Assembly (NCBI GenBank): GCA_904380375.1
Contig: CAJFID010000006.1
Coordinates: forward strand, 1,330 to 65,329
Direction: 5' to 3'
DNA: 64,000 bases
Origin: Candidatus Avimonas intestinalis
GTDB lineage: Bacteria > Bacillota > Clostridia > Oscillospirales > Acutalibacteraceae
Shown here piece after piece: positions 18,586 through 27,291 of the stretch. Position 1 is the stretch's first letter. Every line of letters starts with the position of its first letter. Both the position numbers and the translations under genes were made by a program. The notes beneath the pieces are model-generated. The model was not told where the DNA came from and did not search any database. It saw nothing but the letters and a program-made list of their open reading frames with translations.

Positions 18586-19431
18586 ATGCGGGAGCCGGCA
18601 CGGCCAAAGGCGCAGCGAATTTATTCCAAAAACGCGGCGTATCAAAAATTTGAGGTGCTCAAGACCAACCGGAACAAGCGGTATAAATACGGGGAGTTTT
18701 TTGTCGAGGGCGTGCGCAACCTAAACCAGGCGGTGCGGGGCGGCTGGGAGATAGCGAGCCTGCTGTACTCCTTTGAAACGCCGCTGTCCCGCTGGGCGCA
18801 GGGGATGCTGGATTCGGTCAAAACCCCGCAGAATTATGAATTGACCGACGCGCTGATGGCGGACCTCAGCGGCAAAAGCGACGTTTCCGAGCTGATGGCG
18901 GTGGTCCGGATGCGGCCGGACGACCCGTCCCGCCTCCGCCTGAGCGAGAACCCGGTGCTGGCGCTGTTTGACCGGCCGTCCAATCGGGGGAACCTGGGCA
19001 CCCTGATCCGCTCCTGCGACGCGCTGGGGGTGGAGGCGCTGGTGCTCACCGGCCACGGCGTGGATCTCTACGACCCCGACGTGGTGGTTTCCTCTATGGG
19101 CTCCTTTTTCAAGGTGCCGGTGCTGCGCATGGCCTCCAATGAGGAGGTAGAGGGCTGGATCGCGTCGCTTAAGGGGAGGTATCCCTCGCTCCAGGTGCTG
19201 GGCACCACCTCCCACACGCAAAGGGAGCTGTTCCGTTACGACCTGTCCGGCCCCGTCCTCTTTTTGATCGGCAACGAGACCGACGGGCTCTGCGCCCGGT
19301 TTAAGGAGCTGTGCGACGGGCTGGCGACCATCCCCATGGCGCCGGACGCCTGCGCCTCCTCCTTCAACGTGTCCTGCGCGGCGACCGTGCTGTTTTACGA
19401 GGCGGCGCGGCAGCGCCGGGCCAAGCTGTAA
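18586..19431 (+). CDS. TrmH/SpoU-family RNA 2'-O-methyltransferase
   Basis: 281 aa from the ATG at 18586 (RBS GGAGGG). SpoU motifs LFLIGNETDGL and IPMAPDACASSFNVSCAATVLFYE. The upstream part of the track ORF overlaps cysK and is discarded. Confidence 0.8.
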   Translation: MREPARPKAQRIYSKNAAYQKFEVLKTNRNKRYKYGEFFVEGVRNLNQAVRGGWEIASLLYSFETPLSRWAQGMLDSVKTPQNYELTDALMADLSGKSDVSELMAVVRMRPDDPSRLRLSENPVLALFDRPSNRGNLGTLIRSCDALGVEALVLTGHGVDLYDPDVVVSSMGSFFKVPVLRMASNEEVEGWIASLKGRYPSLQVLGTTSHTQRELFRYDLSGPVLFLIGNETDGLCARFKELCDGLATIPMAPDACASSFNVSCAATVLFYEAARQRRAKL

Positions 19432-19446
19432 TCTTGGCTGCAAAAG

Positions 19447-19485
19447 CAAAAGGCCCCGTGAGGCATACGTCTCACGGGGCCTTTT
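19447..19485. terminator. bidirectional intrinsic terminator between convergent genes
   Basis: AAAA-GGCCCCGTGAG-(8-nt loop)-CTCACGGGGCC-TTTT. An 11-bp GC-rich stem is flanked by an A-run and a T-run. Confidence 0.8.
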
Positions 19486-19486
19486 G

Positions 19487-19654
19487 TCACTTTCCTGTCA
19501 GATGGTCTGCGCACTGCTGGAGTTGCTGCTTTGACGTGATTTTCACTCCCGACTGATGGATCGTCTCCTGGACGTATTTCGGGAGGGACTGGAAGCACTG
19601 CTGAATTTCCGGATCCTGCGTCAAAGGATCGCTCTGCGGATTTCCGTTTGCCAT
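19487..19654 (-). CDS. small hypothetical protein (55 aa)
   Basis: Strong RBS AAAGGAGG 8 nt upstream of the ATG at 19654 (MANGNPQSDPL...). Shares an SLPxxVQE core with the upstream small ORF. Confidence 0.5.
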   Translation of the reverse strand: MANGNPQSDPLTQDPEIQQCFQSLPKYVQETIHQSGVKITSKQQLQQCADHLTGK

Positions 19655-19689
19655 AACGGTCTGCCTCCTTTTCCGGGCGAGCGGGAAAT

Positions 19690-19878
19690 TCAGGAGCGCA
19701 GCCCCAAGTACCGGACAAAATTCACGATGTCCTCTTCGGAATGGAATTCGTCCTGGTGGGCGTTGACCTGTTCCTGCACTTCCTCCGGCAACGAATAAAA
19801 ATCCAGTTCCCGGCGCTGCTGCCATTGGGCAATCGCCGCCACGCCGAGCGGATTCGCTCCGTTAATGCCCTCGATCAT
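19690..19878 (-). CDS. small hypothetical protein (62 aa)
   Basis: ATG at 19878 preceded by AAAGGCGGGAAAACC. Sequence MIEGINGANPLG...YSLPEEVQEQV. Paralogue-like to 19487-19654. Confidence 0.45.
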   Translation of the reverse strand: MIEGINGANPLGVAAIAQWQQRRELDFYSLPEEVQEQVNAHQDEFHSEEDIVNFVRYLGLRS

Positions 19879-20125
19879 GGTTTTCCCGCCTTTCTGCACG
19901 GCGCATGGTTGCCGGCGGCCGGTCCGGAGCGATGATCCGCAGGCGATGAATCGCCCGGATCCTTCGCCGATGGCCGGCCCGCCGGCATTCGGAAAACGCC
20001 GCGCGGTGCGGCGCCTTCCGGTTCTTAGTTTGCGGAAAAACCATGCGGATAGGCAGGAAAAAAGCGGCGGAAAATTTTTAATTTGAAACCCATCGGCGCA
20101 GCGCCTTGAGCTAGGCGGCAATGAC

Positions 20126-20165
20126 GGCGGGGGAGCGGGATGGTTTTCCTGCTCCCCCGCCTTTT
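20126..20165. terminator. GC-rich hairpin just downstream of the GH43 stop
   Basis: 11-bp arms GGCGGGGGAGC / GCTCCCCCGCC. The T-run is on the plus-strand side only, so its function as the GH43 (minus-strand) terminator is uncertain. Confidence 0.35.
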
Positions 20166-20170
20166 GACGG

Positions 20171-21088
20171 TCAAGCCATCGTCTGCTCTTGCCCAAGCGG
20201 GACGGGGGAGCCGAACACCGGCCGCCCGTCCTCCCAGGTGAATTTCTGCGCCCGCACGCTGCGGCCGTCCCAGCCGCCGCCGGGGATTTCTATAGCGTGG
20301 TAGACGATCCAGTCCTCCGACCCGTCGGGGGAGGTGGTAAAGGAGCAATGCCCCGGGCCGTTTGCCGCCTCGGCCTTTGAAAACACGGGCTGGGGCGATT
20401 TGCTCCAGTGCTGCGGGTTCAGGAGATCGTCCCCTTGCAAGGTGAGCATCCCCAGGCAGTAGTCGTCCGTCCAGCTCCCGCTGGCGGAGTAGACCAGGTG
20501 CAGCGCCCCGTCCTTGATCAGCGCCTCCGGCCCTTCGTTGACCGTGGGGAAGCCGACGCATTCCCAGGCATACTCCGGCCGGGAGAGGCAGACCCGCTGC
20601 CCGCGCAGGGTAAAGGGGTCGGCCATCTCCGCGATGTAGAGCTGCTGGGAGACGTCCACGTCGCCCTCCCAGCCCGACCAGACGAAGTAGCGCTTGTCCC
20701 GGTACGAGAAGGCCGTGCCGTCAATGGCCCAGTGGTCGTCGGGCGTGCTGACCTTGCCTGCCATACGAAAAGGCGACTGCGGCCCGTCGCCTGCCAGGGC
20801 GTACATCCGGTGCCGGGCATTCTGCCCGTCGTCCGCGGCGACATAGATCACCCAGCCGCCGTCGATGCGGTGCAGCTCGGGTGCCCAATAGTCCCGCGAA
20901 TAGGCCGTGCCCTCCGGCGCGGTGTAAACCCGCACCGGCTCCGCCCGGCCGATCCCGCTTAGCCGCTCCGACCGGGAGACAAAAACGGAGCTGCCCTCGG
21001 AGAAACAATAATAATACGCGCCCTCGTGGTAAAAGACCCATGGGTCGGCATGGGGAGTAGGAAGCAGGGGGTTGAGGATGGTGTCCAT
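20171..21088 (-). CDS. glycoside hydrolase family 43 protein
   Basis: 305 aa from the ATG at 21088 (MDTILNPLLPTPHADPWVFYHEGAYYY). GH43 hallmarks are ADPW (catalytic Asp), YWAPEL, IDG and NEGPE. Confidence 0.85.
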   Translation of the reverse strand: MDTILNPLLPTPHADPWVFYHEGAYYYCFSEGSSVFVSRSERLSGIGRAEPVRVYTAPEGTAYSRDYWAPELHRIDGGWVIYVAADDGQNARHRMYALAGDGPQSPFRMAGKVSTPDDHWAIDGTAFSYRDKRYFVWSGWEGDVDVSQQLYIAEMADPFTLRGQRVCLSRPEYAWECVGFPTVNEGPEALIKDGALHLVYSASGSWTDDYCLGMLTLQGDDLLNPQHWSKSPQPVFSKAEAANGPGHCSFTTSPDGSEDWIVYHAIEIPGGGWDGRSVRAQKFTWEDGRPVFGSPVPLGQEQTMA

Positions 21089-21194
21089 ACAAGGATTCCC
21101 CTTTCTAAAATAAAAATACCGGTCCATCCGCGCCGGCGCGCCGGGATGGATAGGACGGCAGGAATCCCGGCACGCCGGACATCCGTCCGACTTA

Positions 21195-21223
21195 TATATA
21201 AGCCAAACGGGGCCAAATGTCAA
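21195..21223 (-). promoter_or_regulatory. putative sigma-A promoter for GH43 (TTGACA-17 nt-TATATA)
   Basis: Minus-strand -35 at 21218-21223 and -10 at 21195-21200. Confidence 0.5.
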
Positions 21224-21304
21224 ATGCTTTTGGATTTCTATTTTAAGGAAAATTATCCAATAACAGTTTGATCGTTGATAAACACAAAAAATTTCAAAAT
21301 AGTA

Positions 21305-21332
21305 TTGACAATTCATTGGTTTATGATATACT
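21305..21332 (+). promoter_or_regulatory. putative sigma-A promoter (TTGACA-16 nt-TATACT with TG extended -10)
   Basis: -35 at 21305-21310, TG at 21324-21325 and -10 at 21327-21332. Drives the plus-strand M24-fold/EamA/ADH genes. Confidence 0.6.
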
Positions 21333-21338
21333 CATTTT

Positions 21339-21368
21339 TAGATTAACGTTAACGTTATCGATAATCTA
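21339..21368. promoter_or_regulatory. 30-bp palindromic element, copy A (TAGATTAACGTTAACGTTATCGATAATCTA), candidate operator
   Basis: Starts 6 nt after the -10 and is 26/30 self-complementary. It is 27/30 identical to 48556-48585. Confidence 0.5.
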
Positions 21369-21517
21369 AGGCCCGTACGACAGATCACTGCGGAAAACCA
21401 TCAAAAAGAGTTGTTTGGTTTGCCAGTGCCGTTTTCATGAACAAAAGGCCGCCGGCTCATGCGGCAGGCGGCGGACAGAGCCCGGCCCGACCGCCGGGGA
21501 AGGGAGAGGGAAAAGGG

Positions 21518-22573
21518 TTGGAAACGCAGAAGAAGCTGGAACGCCTCCGGCGGTATTTGCAGGAGAACGGGATCCCGGCAGCGGTCATCAGCCGGCAGCC
21601 GAATTTTTCTTGGCTGACCGGCGGAGGGCGAGGCTTCATCGGCCTGGCGTCGGAAGCTGCCTGCGGCCGTCTTGTCGTTACAGCCGACCGGGCGGTCCTG
21701 GTGGCCAACAACATTGAAGCCGGCCGCTTGGCCGCGGAAGAGCTTCCCGCCGGCGTGTTTGCCAGTGAGATCGTCCCCTGGGCGCAGGACGGGGAGATCC
21801 CGGCGGTGATCCGGGGCCTGTGCCCGGACGGCTACCGCGCGGACGCGGAGCTGGAGCCCTTCTTCTTAAGCCAGCGCACCGTCTTGTGCCCGGAGGAAGC
21901 CGGCCGCTTCCGCCTTTTGGGCCGGGAGGTAGACAGGGCGATGTGGGAAGCGGCGCGGGGCGCCTCTTGCGGGATGTCGGAATTTGAAATGGCCGGCCGC
22001 CTGTCCGCCGCCCTTTGGAGCCGGGGGATTGAGCCGATCACCCTGTTGATCGCGGCGGACGGCCGGAGCCGGAGGGTGAGGCATTATGTCCCCACCGGCG
22101 CTTTGGCCCGGCAGGGGTTCCTCTGCTCGGTTTGCGCCCGCCGGGGAGGGCTGGTTGCCTCCGCCACCCGCATCCTGGCGTTCCGGCCGGACTTTGCACA
22201 GGAGTATGAACGGCTGCTTGAAGTAGAGGCCGCCGCAATCGGGGCAACGGTTCCCGGCCGGACGATGGGGGAGGTTTTCCGGATCATCGCCGCGGCTTAC
22301 GAGAAGGCGGGGTTCCCGAGGGAAATCCGGCGGCATCACCAGGGCGGGCTGACCGGCTACCAGCCCCGCGAGATCCGGGCGGATGCGGAAACGGCGCATG
22401 AGATCTGCGCGGGCGAGGCATACGCCTGGAACCCCTCCTGCGAGGGGGCGAAATGCGAGGACACCCTCCTGGTTACAGCGGAGGGGGCGGAGATCCTGAC
22501 CGCCGGCGGCGGTTGGCCGTCCCGGTTGGTTGCGGGGAGGGAGCGGCCGGCTGTGCTGCGGCTGTATGGCTGA
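21518..22573 (+). CDS. M24 (creatinase/Xaa-Pro peptidase) fold protein
   Basis: N-terminal LETQKKLERLRRYLQENGIPAAVIS and C-terminal pita-bread-like region. Start assigned to the TTG at 21518 behind GGGAGAGGG; the in-frame ATG at 21437 has no RBS. The start is uncertain. Confidence 0.65.
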   Translation: METQKKLERLRRYLQENGIPAAVISRQPNFSWLTGGGRGFIGLASEAACGRLVVTADRAVLVANNIEAGRLAAEELPAGVFASEIVPWAQDGEIPAVIRGLCPDGYRADAELEPFFLSQRTVLCPEEAGRFRLLGREVDRAMWEAARGASCGMSEFEMAGRLSAALWSRGIEPITLLIAADGRSRRVRHYVPTGALARQGFLCSVCARRGGLVASATRILAFRPDFAQEYERLLEVEAAAIGATVPGRTMGEVFRIIAAAYEKAGFPREIRRHHQGGLTGYQPREIRADAETAHEICAGEAYAWNPSCEGAKCEDTLLVTAEGAEILTAGGGWPSRLVAGRERPAVLRLYG

Positions 22574-23546
22574 CCGGAGGAGCCCGGCGACCGGGCCGGG
22601 CGCCGGGCTGGATGGCCGCTCCGCCGGCCTGCTGCTGGCCCTTTCCCTGATCTGGGCGGTGTATTACCTGTTCAGTCAGAGGCTGGTGGCGGCGCTCACC
22701 TGCTTCCCCGCCGGCCTGGCCATCCGGGTGCTCACGTTTTTCCTCCTGCCGCTCCTTGCGGCGGCCGGCCGGCGCATCCGGGAGCTGAAGCCCCCGCCGC
22801 TGCGGATGATGCCGGTGATGATGCTGATTGGGCTGCTGGGTTTTCTGCTTGACTTTACGGCGTTTTTAGGCCTGCGGCATGAGAGTGCCGGCGGCGGCAC
22901 CGTCCTGCTGAAAACCGACGTCCTTATGGCGGCGGTAATCGGCGCCGTGGTCTGCAAGGAAAAATTCCGGCTCCGGGACGTCGGGGCGATCCTATTGATG
23001 TTCAGCGGCGTCCTGCTGACCATGGATGTCTTTCATTTGAGGCTTTCGGGGCTTAACGACCTGTTTTTTGTCCTCAGCGCCTTTTTCGTTACGCTCAACG
23101 CCTTTGTCATCCAGTGGGCGCTCCACCACCCCCGCACCCCGGTCAAGGGGATGACGATTGGGTTTTACAACAATTTTTACGCGATGCTCCTATTTGGCGC
23201 CGCCGTCCTGATCAGCGGGACGGGGGAGGAGCTCGCCCAGGGGATATCCCGTCCGGACGTATGGGGCGTGGCGCTGGCAGCGGGCCTGGGCCAAAGCTTT
23301 GTCTATGTATTTTATTACGCTGCGCTGGGCCGCCAGCCGGTCTGGATCGTCAAGGTGTTCCTGCTGCTGATGCCGGTGTTTACCACCGCCATAGAGGCAG
23401 CCGCCTCGTGGCTCTTAACAGGGGAGTCCGGGCTGAGCTGGTCCCGCTTGGCGGGGATGGCTCTGGTGCTGGCCGGGGCGGCGGTCCTGCTCCTGAAAAA
23501 GAGGCCGGCGGCCTCCGCATCCCCGCCCCCGCAAAAAGGGGAATAA
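22566..23546 (+). CDS. EamA/DMT-family transporter
   Basis: About 326 aa with ~10 TM helices in two repeats. The ATG at 22566 overlaps the upstream stop. Confidence 0.75.
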   Translation: MADRRSPATGPGAGLDGRSAGLLLALSLIWAVYYLFSQRLVAALTCFPAGLAIRVLTFFLLPLLAAAGRRIRELKPPPLRMMPVMMLIGLLGFLLDFTAFLGLRHESAGGGTVLLKTDVLMAAVIGAVVCKEKFRLRDVGAILLMFSGVLLTMDVFHLRLSGLNDLFFVLSAFFVTLNAFVIQWALHHPRTPVKGMTIGFYNNFYAMLLFGAAVLISGTGEELAQGISRPDVWGVALAAGLGQSFVYVFYYAALGRQPVWIVKVFLLLMPVFTTAIEAAASWLLTGESGLSWSRLAGMALVLAGAAVLLLKKRPAASASPPPQKGE

Positions 23547-23578
23547 ACGAAACGAGGGAAACGAAAGGGAGAAAGCCA

Positions 23579-24733
23579 ATGGAATTTTCGTGTTATCTGC
23601 CGGTGCGCATCCGGTTCGGCTCCGAGGCGCTGCGGCAGCTTGCCGGCCGGGCGGCCCCGCCGGTGCTGATTGTCAGCACCGAAGCCCTGACGCGGCTGGG
23701 TATCACCGGCAAAGCGGCGAAAGCCTGCGGCGGCGCGCCGCTGATTTACGACCAGGTGGAAGCCAACCCCACGGTGCATACGGTAGAAAGCCTGGCCTGC
23801 CTGATCCGGGAAAAGCGGGTCGCTACGGTCGTAGCGGTCGGCGGCGGAAGCAGTATGGACGCCGCCAAGGCCGCCTCCTGCCTGGCGGCGGGGGAGGCCG
23901 ACCTGCGAGGATGCCTTTACCGGGGCGATCCCCTTCCCCGCCGGACGGTGTCCCTCCTGCTGGTTCCCACGACGGCGGGGACGGGGAGCGAGGTCACCAA
24001 CGTGGCGGTCCTTTCCGACCCGGAGGGGAACCGGAAAACCCCGCTGGTTTCCGACCATTTGTGGGCCGATGCGGCGATCCTGGCCCCGGAGATGACGCAG
24101 ACCGCCCCGCCGGGCGTGACGGCCTCCACCGGCTTTGACGCGCTGATCCACGCTGTTGAGGCGTACTGGGCCGTCTCTACCCAGCCGATTAGCCGGGCGC
24201 TCGGCCTGGAAGCCGCTCGCCTGGTCTGCCACAACCTGCGCCGCGCCTATGACGACGGCAGCGATTTGCAGGCGCGGGAGGGGATGCTCCTGGGCAGCCT
24301 TTTGGCGGGCATGGCCTTTTCCCAAACCCGCACGACCGTCCTGCACGCGGCGAGCTTCCCCCTCACCAGCGAATTCCATGTTGACCATGGCCGGGCCTGC
24401 GCGGTCAACCTGCTGCCCGTCCTGCGCTACGTCCGGCGGTATATCCCGGGGCCGATGGAGGCCCTGGCTGCATACTGCGGATACGCCGGCTTTGCGGAGT
24501 GGGCGGCGATGCTGGAGGAGTTGATGGCCCACTGCCGGATGCCTCTTAGCCTAGGCGAGGTAGGGGTCACAGCGGCGGATATCCCCCATCTGGCGAAGGT
24601 GACCGTGAGCGCCGCCATCGCCGGGCTTACCCCGGCGCCGATCAATGAGACCGTCGTACAGAGCCTGCTGGCAGACAATTTGTACCGCAGGAAAGGAGGG
24701 GCCACACCGCCCGAGGATTCGGGCAATGCGTAA
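23579..24733 (+). CDS. iron-containing alcohol dehydrogenase family protein
   Basis: 384 aa from the ATG at 23579 (RBS GAAAGGGAG). Motifs AVGGGSSMDAAKA, LVPTTAGTGSEVT and GFDALIHAVEAY. Confidence 0.85.
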   Translation: MEFSCYLPVRIRFGSEALRQLAGRAAPPVLIVSTEALTRLGITGKAAKACGGAPLIYDQVEANPTVHTVESLACLIREKRVATVVAVGGGSSMDAAKAASCLAAGEADLRGCLYRGDPLPRRTVSLLLVPTTAGTGSEVTNVAVLSDPEGNRKTPLVSDHLWADAAILAPEMTQTAPPGVTASTGFDALIHAVEAYWAVSTQPISRALGLEAARLVCHNLRRAYDDGSDLQAREGMLLGSLLAGMAFSQTRTTVLHAASFPLTSEFHVDHGRACAVNLLPVLRYVRRYIPGPMEALAAYCGYAGFAEWAAMLEELMAHCRMPLSLGEVGVTAADIPHLAKVTVSAAIAGLTPAPINETVVQSLLADNLYRRKGGATPPEDSGNA

Positions 24734-24799
24734 AAAGGACGCCGGCAGTTTCAAACAGTTCAGAAAATGAGAGAGCGATTTGGAGGGAGGAATCCAATT

Positions 24800-26011
24800 G
24801 TGAAAAGAGCGCTTACCTTGTGCCTGGCTTTGGCGTTCGCCGTTTTATCGGCCGTTCCCGGGATTTGCGCCGAAGCCGCCGATACGCCGCGGCTGGTTGC
24901 GCACTATGAGTTTGCGGACGGCGCCGTAGGGGAAGACTCCGCCGGCTCGGGCAGCCTCAAGGCCGTCGGCACCGACGGCGCCTCGGAGGCGGTGCCCAAG
25001 CTGGTGGAAGGGCCCAACGGGATGAAGGCGGTGGAATTTGACCAGACCTACGCCCTCGTCACCGACAAGCAGGATGTGACCGATACCCTGACCGAGTTTA
25101 CCGTCAGCTTCCTGATCAAGGCCAACGAGGCCGGGGAGATGCGCAACAACGTGTTCTCTACCGGCCTGGGCAACGGCAACCACCCCGACCATAGCGGGAT
25201 CAATATGCTGCTCAACCCCACCAAGGGGTATCCGGAGATCCGGCTGTACGGCGGCTCCGCCCCCAACAACGGGGAGAAGTGGGGGACGGATCAGTTCAAA
25301 AACGACGACGGGGAGGCCGGCGCCGCCAATTGGAAAAACCGAGAAAATCCCTATGTCTACGATACGAGCAAGTGGTACCGCGTGGTGCTGACCGTGAAGC
25401 TGGCCGACGGCAGCGCTTCCGGCTTCCAGAGCTGCTATATTGAGGCGATGGACGCAGTGCAGTCCAAGGCGGATTTCCGGGAAAACGACAATTACTACGT
25501 CGCCGCCCTGCCCAACAACCTGACCAGCATCCAAAACGAGAAATACCCGCTGTCGATCGGCGGTACCTACAATTATTGGGTAAGCGGCAGCAACCCGGAG
25601 ACCTTCTACAACGAAGCGGGCAAATTTTACGGGATGTTCATCGGCCAGCTGGCGGATTTCCGCATTTACGACAAAGCGCTGACCGACGACCAGATTGTGG
25701 AGCTCTTTGTCAGCAACCAGCTGGAGGGGGAGCAGGCGGCGGAAACCGACCCGCCGGCCGATACCCCGGAAGAGACGGATCCGGTCACTGAGCGGACCGA
25801 AAGCGATCCGCCCGCGCAAGGGACGGAGGACCGCCCCACAGAGCCTTCGGGTACGACGGCCGGGGAAGAAGAGGGCCTTAGCCCCGGGGCGATCGCGGGC
25901 ATTGCAGCGGCGGTGGTCGTGGTCGCGGCAATCGGCGTGGCGGCCGCGGTGCTGGCCAGCCGCAAAAGGCCCAAGGGAGACGGCACGCCTCCGAATTCCG
26001 GCGAGATTTAG
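24800..26011 (+). CDS. surface-anchored LamG/concanavalin-A-like lectin-fold protein (paralogue 1)
   Basis: GTG at 24800 behind GGAGGGAGG, then a signal peptide. LamG-type ends LVAHYEFADG...DSAGSG and LADFRIYDKALTDDQIVELF. P/T/E-rich linker, C-terminal TM helix and basic tail. Confidence 0.72.
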   Translation: MKRALTLCLALAFAVLSAVPGICAEAADTPRLVAHYEFADGAVGEDSAGSGSLKAVGTDGASEAVPKLVEGPNGMKAVEFDQTYALVTDKQDVTDTLTEFTVSFLIKANEAGEMRNNVFSTGLGNGNHPDHSGINMLLNPTKGYPEIRLYGGSAPNNGEKWGTDQFKNDDGEAGAANWKNRENPYVYDTSKWYRVVLTVKLADGSASGFQSCYIEAMDAVQSKADFRENDNYYVAALPNNLTSIQNEKYPLSIGGTYNYWVSGSNPETFYNEAGKFYGMFIGQLADFRIYDKALTDDQIVELFVSNQLEGEQAAETDPPADTPEETDPVTERTESDPPAQGTEDRPTEPSGTTAGEEEGLSPGAIAGIAAAVVVVAAIGVAAAVLASRKRPKGDGTPPNSGEI

Positions 26012-26097
26012 CGCCGGAAGGTCTGTGCAAGCTTTGGCGGTTGCTTGTAAATCGAACCGCTTAAAAATTTAGGGTGAAGCAAAGGAGAGAAACGGTC

Positions 26098-27291
26098 ATG
26101 AAAAAACGCACGATTTCCTGCGCGGTCCTGTCCGCCTGCCTGCTGTTCGGCGGCGCCACCGCGGCGATGGCGGAGACCCCAGCCCCGAACCTGGTGGCCC
26201 ATTACACCTTTGCCGATGCAAGCAACGTCGGCAAGGATTCCGCCGGCTCGGACGATATGACGGTGGTCAGCGCCAGCCTGCAGGAGGACGCCGGCCTGGC
26301 CAAGGTCGTGGACGGCCCGGACGGGATGAAGGCGCTGGAGTTTGACCAGTCCTACGCGCTGCGCACCGACGCCGACGACGTGCTGGACGGCCTCAAGGAG
26401 TTCACCATTACCTACCTGGTGGCGGCCAACGACGCGGGGGAGCTCAAGTACAACATGTTTTCCACCGGCTTGGGCAACGGCAACAACATCCAGAACAGCG
26501 GCATCAACGCCCTGATGGATTTTGCCAAGGATGAAAGCGTCCGCACCGGTTCTCCGGACGTCCGCCTGTACGGCAGCGAAAACGTCGGCGAGAAGTGGAC
26601 GGCCGACCAGCGCAAGAACGACGACGGCAAAAACGGCCGGAGCTTCTGGATCGACCGGATCGGCGGCGATATTGACGCGCCGGTGCCGACGTCCTATGCG
26701 GCCGGCGAATGGTACCGCATTGTCATCACCGTCAAGCTGAGCGACGGCACCAAGACCAGCGAGGAGCAGCAGCTGTGGCCGAACGGGAACCAGGGCGACG
26801 CCTTCTATCCCGGCACCGGCACGCAGAGCGTGTACATTGAAAAAATGGACGGCATCCAGGCCAAAAGCGACCTGGTCGAGAGCCAGAATTTCTATGAAAC
26901 CGTGCTGCCGTATGACCTGACCAGCATCAAAAACGAGAAATACGGCCTCACCCTCGGCGCGGCCTACGACGTCGGGAAAGACGCCTTCAACACCTCCGCC
27001 GGCGCCAATTACAGCATGTTCATCGGGAAGATGGCGGATTTCCGCATCTATGACAAGGCGCTGACCCAGGACCAGATCGTCAGCCTGTTCCAGAACAACG
27101 AGCTGACCGACACCAGCGGGCAGGAGGACGACACGACGCCGGTTACCAAGCCTCAAACGCCGGCCACTCCCTCCGGCGACGGCAACCCGTCCACCGGCGT
27201 GGAAACCAGCCTGCTGCCGTTCCTGGCGCTGATCCCTGCGGCGGCCGTAGTCGGCGTCCTGGCGGTCCGCCGCCGCAAGGCCGAAAAGTAA
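26098..27291 (+). CDS. surface-anchored LamG/concanavalin-A-like lectin-fold protein (paralogue 2, sortase-signal-like C-terminus)
   Basis: ATG at 26098 behind AAAGGAGAG, then a signal peptide. LVAHYTFADA...DSAGSD and MADFRIYDKALTQDQIVSLF. The C-terminus reads NPSTG, hydrophobic stretch, RRRKAEK. Confidence 0.72.
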   Translation: MKKRTISCAVLSACLLFGGATAAMAETPAPNLVAHYTFADASNVGKDSAGSDDMTVVSASLQEDAGLAKVVDGPDGMKALEFDQSYALRTDADDVLDGLKEFTITYLVAANDAGELKYNMFSTGLGNGNNIQNSGINALMDFAKDESVRTGSPDVRLYGSENVGEKWTADQRKNDDGKNGRSFWIDRIGGDIDAPVPTSYAAGEWYRIVITVKLSDGTKTSEEQQLWPNGNQGDAFYPGTGTQSVYIEKMDGIQAKSDLVESQNFYETVLPYDLTSIKNEKYGLTLGAAYDVGKDAFNTSAGANYSMFIGKMADFRIYDKALTQDQIVSLFQNNELTDTSGQEDDTTPVTKPQTPATPSGDGNPSTGVETSLLPFLALIPAAAVVGVLAVRRRKAEK

